DNA of 64,000 bases. Origin: Eubacteriales bacterium (lineage in GTDB: Bacteria > Bacillota > Clostridia > Oscillospirales > CAG-272). The translations under genes and the position numbers were made by a program. Location of the stretch: contig JAZMZG010000013.1 in the NCBI GenBank assembly GCA_045585835.1, forward strand, positions 6,835-70,834, in the 5' to 3' direction. Below, piece by piece: positions 55,548-64,000 of the stretch; positions within the stretch are counted from its first letter, which is position 1; every line of letters begins with the position of its first letter. The notes below the pieces were generated by a model. It had not been told where the DNA came from, ran no database searches, and worked only from the letters and a program-made list of their open reading frames with translations.

Positions 55548-56099
55548 ATGTTTGACATCAAAGAGTACGAAGAAAGAATGAAAAAGAGCATATCCGTATA
55601 TGAGGGGGACCTCGCATCCGTAAGAGTCGGAAGGGCTACTCCCGGCGCACTCAGCAAGATCACAATTGATTACTACGGCACACCTACGCCTATTGCACAA
55701 ATAGGTGACGTTAAGACTCCCGATGCACGTACGTTGGTTATCACGCCTTGGGATTCAAGCCTTTTGAAGGCGGTTGAAAAGGCTATCAATACGTCCGATC
55801 TCGGCATCAATCCTCAAAACGACGGCAGATGCATAAGACTCGTATTTCCGCAGCTTACAGAGGAGAGAAGAAAAGAACTTGCAAAGCAGATCACCAAAAA
55901 GGGTGAAGATGCAAAGGTTGCCATAAGAAACATCAGAAGAGATGCTAACGATAAAACTAAAGAACTCAAGAAAAAGAGCGAGCTTACTGAAGATGACGTT
56001 AAGAATCTCGATAAAAAGATCCAAGATATGACCGATAAGTATATCAAAGAGATAGATACAACAACCGACAAAAAAGAAAAGGAAATAATGGCAATATAA
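55548..56099 (+). CDS. frr: Ribosome recycling factor
   Basis: 183 aa, LASVRVGRATPGALSKITIDYYG...LTEERRKELAK. Confidence 0.97.
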   Translation: MFDIKEYEERMKKSISVYEGDLASVRVGRATPGALSKITIDYYGTPTPIAQIGDVKTPDARTLVITPWDSSLLKAVEKAINTSDLGINPQNDGRCIRLVFPQLTEERRKELAKQITKKGEDAKVAIRNIRRDANDKTKELKKKSELTEDDVKNLDKKIQDMTDKYIKEIDTTTDKKEKEIMAI

Positions 56100-56100
56100 T

Positions 56101-56796
56101 ATGTCAAACGAAATTAAATTGCCGGTGCACATCGGTTTCATAATGGACGGAAACGGCAGATGGGCGCAAAAGAGAGGGCTTCCGCGTAAGCTCGGACATG
56201 CGGCGGGTGCGAAAACCTTTCACCGACTTGCGCATTATTGCGGCGAGATAGGCATTAAATATATGACCGTTTACGCTTTTTCCACGGAAAATTGGAAGAG
56301 AAGCGAAGACGAAGTATCTTCTCTTATGAAGATACTTGAGGAGTATATTGAAATATTTAAATTTGACAAGATCGCCAAAGATGCAAAAATAAGGTTTATC
56401 GGTGACCTTTCGGCGTTTCCCGAGTCATTACGCAAGAAAATGACAGAAGTTGAAGAAAAAAGCGTTTTTAATAAGATGTGTCTTAATGTTGCCGTAAATT
56501 ACGGTGGCAGAAGCGAAATCGTAAATGCATTTAATAAGCTGATTGCCGAAGGAAAGGATAAGGTTGCGGAAGACGATATTTCCGAACACCTTTATACAGC
56601 TAACATACCCGACCCCGATCTGATAATCAGAACGGGCGGAGAGGTAAGGATCTCCAATTTCCTTATGTGGCAAAGCGCATATTCCGAATTTTATTTTACA
56701 GATGTGCTTTGGCCCGATTTCGGAAGTAAAGAGCTTGATGCGGCAATTTCGTATTATTCATCTAAACAAAGACGCTTCGGAGGGGTAATAAGTTGA
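56101..56796 (+). CDS. uppS: Isoprenyl transferase (undecaprenyl diphosphate synthase)
   Basis: HIGFIMDGNGRWA and FSTENWKRS motifs. Confidence 0.95.
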   Translation: MSNEIKLPVHIGFIMDGNGRWAQKRGLPRKLGHAAGAKTFHRLAHYCGEIGIKYMTVYAFSTENWKRSEDEVSSLMKILEEYIEIFKFDKIAKDAKIRFIGDLSAFPESLRKKMTEVEEKSVFNKMCLNVAVNYGGRSEIVNAFNKLIAEGKDKVAEDDISEHLYTANIPDPDLIIRTGGEVRISNFLMWQSAYSEFYFTDVLWPDFGSKELDAAISYYSSKQRRFGGVIS

Positions 56797-57620
56797 AATT
56801 TTTAACTAACACAAGATACATAATTGCAGCAATAGGAATTCCTTTGCTTATACCGGTGTTCATTTTTTCCGATACGTTTATATTACCGGCAGTACTTGCA
56901 ATCTTTTGTATTATCGGAATGTATGAGCTGTTACTTGCGTCGAGATTACTTAATAAATGGCTGTTTTCGGCAGTAACCGTAATTTATTCGGTTGCGTGTC
57001 CTATTGCGGCAAGATGGTGGAACGGATTTTATTCTATTGCCATCATTACGGCAATATATATTTTATTTGCAGTAAGTTATTCGGTAATATCGGAAAATAC
57101 CGAAATACTCAACAGATTCTATTCCACGGTATTTTTAGTTATATTTGTAAGCATGGGCTTTTCTTCTCTTGTCGTAATACGCGACACGAGAGGGACGGTT
57201 ATGCTCGTTGTTTCGTTTATGATATCTTGGCTTACGGACAGCTTTGCCTTTTTCTCGGGTTCCGCTTTCGGAAAGCATAAGCTCATTCCGAAAATTTCAC
57301 CCAATAAAACGGTCGAGGGAGCAGTCGGCGGTACTTTGCTTACCGTTATCGTATCCTTGATAGTTTACGTAGGTATCGGATTGTTTTCCAAAAACACGCC
57401 CAATTATCTCCCGCTTATATTTTTAACGCTGTTTGCGTCGCTTATGTCACAGCTTGGTGACCTTGTATTTTCACAAATAAAGAGATATTACAAGGTTAAG
57501 GATTTTTCTACGCTTCTTGCGGACCACGGCGGTATATTGGACAGATTTGACAGCATCATATCTTCAGCCACGACTATCTTCGTATTCACTGCTGTATTCG
57601 CAAACGTCAGACTGTTCTAA
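56793..57620 (+). CDS. cdsA: Phosphatidate cytidylyltransferase
   Basis: Polytopic membrane protein with the signature SQLGDLVFSQIKRYYKVKDFSTLLADHGGILDRFDS. Confidence 0.92.
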   Translation: MKFLTNTRYIIAAIGIPLLIPVFIFSDTFILPAVLAIFCIIGMYELLLASRLLNKWLFSAVTVIYSVACPIAARWWNGFYSIAIITAIYILFAVSYSVISENTEILNRFYSTVFLVIFVSMGFSSLVVIRDTRGTVMLVVSFMISWLTDSFAFFSGSAFGKHKLIPKISPNKTVEGAVGGTLLTVIVSLIVYVGIGLFSKNTPNYLPLIFLTLFASLMSQLGDLVFSQIKRYYKVKDFSTLLADHGGILDRFDSIISSATTIFVFTAVFANVRLF

Positions 57621-57622
57621 TT

Positions 57623-58780
57623 ATGAGAAAACATATTACTATACTCGGTTCAACCGGCTCCATCGGCACTCAATGTGCCGATGTTGCTATAAAGACAGGT
57701 GTGTGCGTGGATTATATAGCTTTCGGCACTAACGTGAAACTTGCCGCAGAGCAAATTAACACGCTCAAACCAAAATACTGCTGTTGCGCTGATGCGTTTA
57801 CGGCAAAAGAACTTAAAAAACTTGTATCAGATAGCGACTGCGAGATTTTTTGGGGCAGAGAAAAGGCTCTTGAGCTTATAAGCAAGTGCGCCTCCGACGT
57901 TATATTTAACGCAGTTTCCGGCAAAAACGGCTTTGACTTTACCGTCTCTGCAATCAAGACCGGAAAGCGAATAGGACTTGCCAACAAAGAATCGATGGTC
58001 ATAGCCGGAGATTACGTTAAAAAGCTTGCACATGAATATAATGCGCAGATAATACCCGTAGACAGTGAACATAGCGCAATTTTTCAATGCCTTGCGGCGT
58101 CGTCCTGCAAACCCAAAAGAATCCTTTTAACTGCATCGGGCGGCCCATTTTTCGGTATGAAACGTGAAGAAATTGCCTCAAAGAAGGCAGTTGACGCCTT
58201 AAAGCATCCGAATTGGGATATGGGAAAGAAAATTCTCATAGACAGTGCCACGCTTGCAAATAAAGGACTTGAATTTATAGAAGCTATGAAGCTTTTTGAT
58301 GTTAGCGCAGAGCAAGTCAAGGTAATAATACAAAGGCAGTCCATCATTCATTCGATGGTACAGTTCGAGGATAATTCCGTTCTCGCACAGCTCGGAACTC
58401 CCGATATGCGTCTTCCGATAGAATACGCAATAACTTATCCCGAAAGAGGTATTTCGGTATGCAATGAGCTTGATTGGGATAAAATAGATAATATAAACAT
58501 AGCAAGCCCCGACCTTGATGCGTTTCCTATGCTTTCACTTGCTATCGAGTGTGCAAAATACGGCGGTTCGGCACCTTGCGTATACAATGCGGCAAATGAG
58601 GTAGCTGTGGAGTTGTATTTATGTAACAAGATAGGCTTTTACGATATTTACGAAATTTGTAAAGAAACCGTTGAGCATTTCAAAAACGGCAGAGCTGATA
58701 CACCCGAGGAAATTGAGAGTACGGATAAATTTGCAAGAGAATATGCAAGTGCAGTTGCGAATAGATATATAACACAGTAA
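57623..58780 (+). CDS. dxr: 1-deoxy-D-xylulose-5-phosphate reductoisomerase
   Basis: ILGSTGSIGTQ, LANKESMV, DSEHSAIFQC and HPNWDMG motifs. Confidence 0.96.
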   Translation: MRKHITILGSTGSIGTQCADVAIKTGVCVDYIAFGTNVKLAAEQINTLKPKYCCCADAFTAKELKKLVSDSDCEIFWGREKALELISKCASDVIFNAVSGKNGFDFTVSAIKTGKRIGLANKESMVIAGDYVKKLAHEYNAQIIPVDSEHSAIFQCLAASSCKPKRILLTASGGPFFGMKREEIASKKAVDALKHPNWDMGKKILIDSATLANKGLEFIEAMKLFDVSAEQVKVIIQRQSIIHSMVQFEDNSVLAQLGTPDMRLPIEYAITYPERGISVCNELDWDKIDNINIASPDLDAFPMLSLAIECAKYGGSAPCVYNAANEVAVELYLCNKIGFYDIYEICKETVEHFKNGRADTPEEIESTDKFAREYASAVANRYITQ

Positions 58781-58797
58781 TTTGAAAGGCATTTTCT

Positions 58798-59820
58798 ATG
58801 GTTCAGATTCTTATAGCGATACTCGTTTTTTCCGTGATGATAATAATGCACGAGTTCGGTCATTTTATATTTGCCCGAATTTTCAATGTGCAGGTAAATG
58901 AATTCGCCATAGGCATGGGTCCTAAACTCTTTGGCATAAAAGGCAAAAAAACTCTTTATTCTTTAAGACTGTTTCCCATAGGTGGTTTTTGCAGTATGGC
59001 AGGCGAGGACGAGGAAGATGATTCGCCAAACGCTTTATGCAATAAACCCATTTGGCAAAGACTTATAATAATGGCGGCAGGCACTTTTATGAATTTGCTT
59101 TTCGGCTTTATTATAACTTGCGTTATCGTTTCTTCAAGCGAACTTTTGGGTACGAGAATAATTGCGAGATTTGATGAAGAATCTCTTTCTGCCGAAAGCG
59201 GACTTGAAGTGAACGACGAAATTGTAAAAATCGGAAATCACCGAATATTCACCTATACCGATCTTGCGTATTTTATACAGCATGACGGTATCGAGCCTGT
59301 CGATATAACCGTCAAAAGAAACGGTGAAAAGGTAGTGATCAAGGACGTAAGCTTTAAAACCGATACCGTTGAAAATATAGAGATAGCAGAGCTTGATTTT
59401 ACTCTGTACGGAGAGAAAAAGACGGTTGGAAACGTCATATATAATTCATTTTTCGGCGCATTTTCAAATATAAGAATGATATATAGCTCACTTATAGATC
59501 TTGTTACGGGACGCTACGGTCTTGAGTCGGCATCGGGCCCCGTAGGCACCACAGTTGCAATAGGAGAGGCTGCTTCAAGCGGTATACTTCCTTTGCTCAG
59601 TATGGTTGCATTTATTTCAATGAACCTCGGTGTATTTAACCTTCTTCCACTTCCCGCACTTGACGGCGGACATATTGCTTTCTTGCTTCTCGAACTTGTC
59701 AGAGGAAAACCGATAAAAAAGGAGCACGAAGCATACGTTCATCTTGCGGGCTTTGCGCTCTTGATATTGCTTATGATCTACGTTAGCTTCAACGATATAG
59801 CAAGGCTGTTTAATAAATAA
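58798..59820 (+). CDS. rseP: RIP metalloprotease RseP (M50, PDZ domain)
   Basis: HEFGH in TM1 and NLLPLPALDGG motif. Conserved position between dxr and ispG. Confidence 0.93.
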   Translation: MVQILIAILVFSVMIIMHEFGHFIFARIFNVQVNEFAIGMGPKLFGIKGKKTLYSLRLFPIGGFCSMAGEDEEDDSPNALCNKPIWQRLIIMAAGTFMNLLFGFIITCVIVSSSELLGTRIIARFDEESLSAESGLEVNDEIVKIGNHRIFTYTDLAYFIQHDGIEPVDITVKRNGEKVVIKDVSFKTDTVENIEIAELDFTLYGEKKTVGNVIYNSFFGAFSNIRMIYSSLIDLVTGRYGLESASGPVGTTVAIGEAASSGILPLLSMVAFISMNLGVFNLLPLPALDGGHIAFLLLELVRGKPIKKEHEAYVHLAGFALLILLMIYVSFNDIARLFNK

Positions 59821-59830
59821 GGATTTTACG

Positions 59831-60910
59831 ATGGATATTGAAAGAAGAAAAACGAAAAGCGTATACGTTGGGGGACTCGGAATAGGAAGCGATTTTCCAG
59901 TTTCCGTGCAGTCTATGACCAACATTCACGCAAGTGATTACGACGGGCTCAAAAAACAGGTCTGCTCGCTTGTCGATTCAGGCGTTGACATTATAAGAGT
60001 TTCTGTACCCGATGAAGAATCGGTAAGAGGCATATATAAGTTAAAACACGATTTTTCCGTGCCTTTCGTAGCAGATATACATTTCGATTATAAGCTTGCG
60101 CTTGCCGCTGTCGATGCGGGAATCGATAAGCTGAGAATAAATCCGGGGAATATCGGCGACAGCGACAGGATAAAAGCTGTTGCCGACAAATGCAGATTAC
60201 ATAAGGTGCCGATAAGAATAGGAGTTAATTCAGGCTCCGCCGAAAAGCATCTTCTTGCAAAATACGGCGGACCTACTCCCGAAGCACTTTGCGAAAGTGC
60301 ATTATATAACGCAAGTCTTTTGGAAAAATTCGATTTTGACGATATCGTTATATCGGTCAAGGCATCGAACGTGTGTGACACCGTTAAAGCCACGGAAGCT
60401 GTAGCGGAAAATTGCAGCTATCCCTTACATTTGGGCGTCACCGAAGCGGGCACTAGCAATATAGGCATATTAAAGGCATCTGCAGCACTCGGTGCTTTGT
60501 TTACGAAAGGCATCGGCGATACTGTAAGAATATCACTTACGGACGACCCCGTAAACGAAGTAAAGGCAGCAAAAGATATACTAAAAGCAATAGGCATAAG
60601 AAAGAACGGAATAAATATTATTTCTTGCCCAACCTGCTCAAGAACTAAAGTTAACCTGATAGGTATCGTAAAGGATTTTGAAAAAGCTCTTGCAATGATG
60701 GGCAATAAATACGATAACTTAAGTGTAAACGTCGCAATAATGGGATGTGCGGTAAACGGTCCCGGTGAAGCAAAGGAAGCCGATATAGGCGTTGCTTGCG
60801 GAGTGGGCGAGGCTCTTTTATTTGCAAACGGTGAAACCGTCGGAAAGATTTCGAGCGAAAAAATATGCGATACACTTTTAAGAGAGATAGACGAAAGATT
60901 TTTAAAATGA
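59831..60910 (+). CDS. ispG: 4-hydroxy-3-methylbut-2-en-1-yl diphosphate synthase
   Basis: PVSVQSMTN, RINPGNIG and CPTCSRT...GCAVNGPGE motifs. Confidence 0.95.
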   Translation: MDIERRKTKSVYVGGLGIGSDFPVSVQSMTNIHASDYDGLKKQVCSLVDSGVDIIRVSVPDEESVRGIYKLKHDFSVPFVADIHFDYKLALAAVDAGIDKLRINPGNIGDSDRIKAVADKCRLHKVPIRIGVNSGSAEKHLLAKYGGPTPEALCESALYNASLLEKFDFDDIVISVKASNVCDTVKATEAVAENCSYPLHLGVTEAGTSNIGILKASAALGALFTKGIGDTVRISLTDDPVNEVKAAKDILKAIGIRKNGINIISCPTCSRTKVNLIGIVKDFEKALAMMGNKYDNLSVNVAIMGCAVNGPGEAKEADIGVACGVGEALLFANGETVGKISSEKICDTLLREIDERFLK

Positions 60911-60917
60911 GGACGAA

Positions 60918-63900
60918 ATGAACGGGATACCCTTTTTTACGAGATTTAAAAGATATACTCCGTCAGCCGAGCTTATAAGAGAGCTTGAAGACTGTGTTGT
61001 AACAAAAACAGATGCCGACACGCAAAAGCGTGCCGTAAGATGCTATGTCGATTGTGAAAAAGTCTTTACGAAAGCGTTTTTGCATTCTGTTGAAAATGAT
61101 ATAAAAAATGCGTATGACTTGAATATCGTAGAACTTCGTCCGCATTATTCATCGGAACTTTTTTCGGAAGATTATTTACCTGAACTTTGGGACGAGCTTC
61201 GTCACAGAAAACTAATTACAAACGGATTTGTTGACAACGGTAGCTTAAGCTATGACAAAGAAAATAAGCTTTGCACCATAGCAATAAATTATGACGGGAA
61301 GGATATGCTTGAAAATTCGGGTATCAAACAAGCTCTTTCCGAAATAATAAAAGAGGAATTTGATTTACAGATAAGTGTTGAACTTTCTGACGGCAGAGGC
61401 TACAGCGAAGCAGATACGGCATATAAAACTCAAATGGAAGAGCATTTTAAGAAGCTCATAAACGATGATATATCACGCTTTGAATCATATGCTCCGCCCG
61501 TATATAACTCTGAAGTAAAAAATAAGTGTAAATCGGTAGAGGGGGATATAGAGGGCGAGGAAATCATTGACCTTGGTGAAAATAAGGTCAAGACGGGATA
61601 TTTAACCGTTGACCTATCGGAGCCGTCCTCCGTTATCGGTCAGATACATAGCGGTCAAAAGCTTTTACCTATATCTCGTATAAGTGAAAATTCAAAGCGC
61701 TTTTGCGTATTCGGAAAAATATATTCGTTTGACTTCAAAGAAAACAGAGACGGAAATAAATTCACGCTAAATATCGGAATTACCGATAAGCGTTGTTCTA
61801 TATCCGTAAGAGCCTCTGTCTTAAAAGAGGAATTCCCCGAGCCTAAAAAAATGCTTTCAGTTGGAGACGTAATACTTGTCGAAGGCTCAGCAACGAGGGA
61901 TAAGGACAGATTCGGAAATATTCTCGATGTTTCCGTAAGAGCGACAGCTATAGCAAAAGCGAAAGTAGTTCACAGAGCCGATACTGCAGAGAAAAAGAGA
62001 GTGGAGCTCCATTTGCATACGAAAATGTCGGCACTTGATGCGCTTATTGCCCCCGAAGAAGTTGCGGATATGGCAAAAGAGTGGAATTGGCCCGCCGTAG
62101 CCGTAACGGATCACGGTAATGTTCAGGCCTTCCCTATAATTGCAAAAAGGGCAAATAAGCTCGGGCAGAAAATAATATATGGTATAGAATGTTATTTCGT
62201 TGACGATACCGCAAGAGCCGTTTTCGGCGATGGCGACGCATCGTTTAGCGAAGGCTCGTTTACAATTTTTGATATTGAAACTACGGGACTTTCAACTATC
62301 AATTGCGGTATTACCGAAATTGGTGCGGTAAGAGTTGAAAAAGGCGAGGTGACGGACGTATTCTGCACCTATGTCGACCCGAAAATGCACATTCCCGAGA
62401 ATATAACCAAGCTCACGGGTATCAGCGACGATATGGTTGCGGGTGCTCCCGATGAATCCACTGCAGTCGCGGACTTTTTGAAATTTGCCGAAAACAGTAT
62501 TCTTGTAGCACATAACGCAAATTTTGATATGGGCTTTATCAGAAAGGTCTGCTCGGAGAATCAATATAGCTTTTCTCCCACCTACATTGATACCGTTGCT
62601 GTTTCCCGTTATTTAAACAAAGGACTTAAAAAGCATACCCTTGATTCAATCGGTGCATATTACGAGCTCGGTGATTTCAATCATCACAGAGCAAGTGACG
62701 ATGCACAGATGCTTTGCGCAATCTTCAAAAAAATGGCGGAAAAATTAGTGGGAGAGGGCGTAAACGACATCTATTCTCTAAACAGAGAAATGGCAAAACA
62801 CGCAGATCCCAAAGCACTTAATTCATATCATATGATATTGCTTGTAAAAGACACAGTCGGGCTTAAAAACCTTTACAAGCTCATTTCATCAAGCTATCTC
62901 GACTATTTCAACAGACATCCGAGAATTCCGAAAACTTTGCTCAACGAACACAGAGAAGGACTTATAGTCGGCGGTGCTTGCGAACAGGGTGAGGTATTTA
63001 AGGCGATTATGAGCAACCGCTCATTTGAGGATATATGTGAAATTGCGGATTATTACGATTACCTTGAAATACAGCCTATATGCAACAACAGCTTTTATAT
63101 AGACGAAGGCACAGTTGAAAACGAAGAGCAGCTTCGTGACCTAAACCGCATGGTTTTAAAGGTCGGTGATAAGATAGGAAAACCCGTATGTGCAACCTGC
63201 GATGCGCATTATTTGGAGGAAGCTGATGAGATCGGCAGAAAAATACTTATGTATTCTCAAGGCATTCCGGATTCCGACAGAAATCACGGACTTTATCTTC
63301 GTACTACCGACGAAATGCTTGAGGAATTCTCCTATCTCGGTGACAGAGCGTACGAGGTAGTCGTAGAGAATACAAATAAAATTGCCGATATGATAGGCGA
63401 CGTTTCTCCGATTCCATCCGGCACATTCCCTCCCGACATTCCCGGCTGTAAAGAAGAGCTTGAGAATATGTGCTACGAAAAGGCGTACAGAATGTACGGC
63501 ACACCGCTTCCCGAGCTTGTAAAAAGTCGTTTGCAGAGAGAGCTTGATCCCATCAAGCGCCACGGATTTTCGGTTATGTATGCCATTGCACAGAAGCTTG
63601 TCGCAAAGAGCGAAGAGCTCGGATACTATGTCGGCTCTCGTGGCTCGGTGGGCTCTTCTTTCGTTGCTTGTATGTCAAACATAACGGAAGTAAACGCACT
63701 TCCTCCGCATTACTTATGTCCCGAGTGCAAATACAGTGAATTTATAGTTGACGGCAGTGTGGGAAGCGGCTTTGACCTTCCCGAAAAAATGTGTCCCGTT
63801 TGTAATACGAAGCTCATAGGTGACGGACACGACATACCGTTTGAAACGTTTCTTGGATTTGACGGTGACAAAGAGCCGGATATTGACCTTAACTTCTCCG

Positions 63901-64000
63901 GTGAAGTTCAAAGTGAGTGCCACAAATATACAGAGGTGCTCTTTGGAAAGGATAACGTTTTCAGAGCGGGTACAATAAGTGCTTATGCAGATAAAACGGC
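60918..64000 (+). CDS. polC: DNA polymerase III PolC-type, N-terminal ~1027 codons (truncated by the window edge; not in the ORF track)
   Basis: Frame open from ATG 60918 to the window end. My translation shows PHP RVELHLHTKMSALDA...VTDHGNVQAFP, and the exonuclease FTIFDIETTGLS...HNANFDMGF. It also shows the zinc finger YLCPECKYSEF...CPVC. Confidence 0.93.
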   Translation, partial: MNGIPFFTRFKRYTPSAELIRELEDCVVTKTDADTQKRAVRCYVDCEKVFTKAFLHSVENDIKNAYDLNIVELRPHYSSELFSEDYLPELWDELRHRKLITNGFVDNGSLSYDKENKLCTIAINYDGKDMLENSGIKQALSEIIKEEFDLQISVELSDGRGYSEADTAYKTQMEEHFKKLINDDISRFESYAPPVYNSEVKNKCKSVEGDIEGEEIIDLGENKVKTGYLTVDLSEPSSVIGQIHSGQKLLPISRISENSKRFCVFGKIYSFDFKENRDGNKFTLNIGITDKRCSISVRASVLKEEFPEPKKMLSVGDVILVEGSATRDKDRFGNILDVSVRATAIAKAKVVHRADTAEKKRVELHLHTKMSALDALIAPEEVADMAKEWNWPAVAVTDHGNVQAFPIIAKRANKLGQKIIYGIECYFVDDTARAVFGDGDASFSEGSFTIFDIETTGLSTINCGITEIGAVRVEKGEVTDVFCTYVDPKMHIPENITKLTGISDDMVAGAPDESTAVADFLKFAENSILVAHNANFDMGFIRKVCSENQYSFSPTYIDTVAVSRYLNKGLKKHTLDSIGAYYELGDFNHHRASDDAQMLCAIFKKMAEKLVGEGVNDIYSLNREMAKHADPKALNSYHMILLVKDTVGLKNLYKLISSSYLDYFNRHPRIPKTLLNEHREGLIVGGACEQGEVFKAIMSNRSFEDICEIADYYDYLEIQPICNNSFYIDEGTVENEEQLRDLNRMVLKVGDKIGKPVCATCDAHYLEEADEIGRKILMYSQGIPDSDRNHGLYLRTTDEMLEEFSYLGDRAYEVVVENTNKIADMIGDVSPIPSGTFPPDIPGCKEELENMCYEKAYRMYGTPLPELVKSRLQRELDPIKRHGFSVMYAIAQKLVAKSEELGYYVGSRGSVGSSFVACMSNITEVNALPPHYLCPECKYSEFIVDGSVGSGFDLPEKMCPVCNTKLIGDGHDIPFETFLGFDGDKEPDIDLNFSGEVQSECHKYTEVLFGKDNVFRAGTISAYADKT

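Noticed and set aside
60963-63923. Several 60-135-aa minus-strand ORFs listed in the track in a region with no plus-strand ORF call.
   Set aside because: The plus strand here encodes PolC. Its ORF is open to the window end, which is presumably why the track omits it. The minus ORFs are antisense noise.

Overview
This 64-kb window looks like core chromosome from a low- to mid-GC Firmicute, most likely class Clostridia (Oscillospiraceae/Ruminococcaceae-like). That placement is an inference from several hallmarks. They are a Gram-positive-type PolC, a perfect CIRCE operator before groES-groEL, a T-box leader before thrS, and Cheo-type LexA boxes (GAAC-N4-GTTC) before dinB. Conserved gene clusters agree: rpmG-secE-nusG-rplK-rplA-rplJ-rplL, rpmH-rnpA-yidD-yidC-jag-mnmE, maf-mreB-mreC-mreD, ftsE-ftsX-M23-ctpA-metG-tatD, rbfA-nrnA-truB and pyrH-frr-uppS-cdsA-dxr-rseP-ispG-polC. 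I support about 66 CDS. Three are absent from the supplied ORF track and were found by reading the sequence: rpmG (53 aa), rpmH (44 aa) and a 3'-truncated polC running off the right edge. I saw no rRNA, tRNA, CRISPR array, transposase, integrase or phage genes. I do not find a convincing multi-gene novel system; the window is mostly housekeeping. The most unusual items are:
- a SecE carrying about 160 extra N-terminal residues (signal peptide, acidic His-containing low-complexity region, extra TM)
- a YidC with a roughly 150-aa insertion in its second extracellular loop
- an orphan beta-class DNA methyltransferase whose catalytic DPPY motif reads DPPR
- an orphan minus-strand intrinsic terminator with upstream hairpins and no gene (small-RNA candidate)
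- a self-contained AT-rich TetR plus two-membrane-protein cassette
- a membrane protein combining a signal-peptidase-like domain with a DivIVA-like coiled coil
- two tiny stand-alone cassettes (135-aa P-loop protein, 69-aa RHH protein) upstream of rbfA
All family assignments come from motif recognition by eye, with no searches run.
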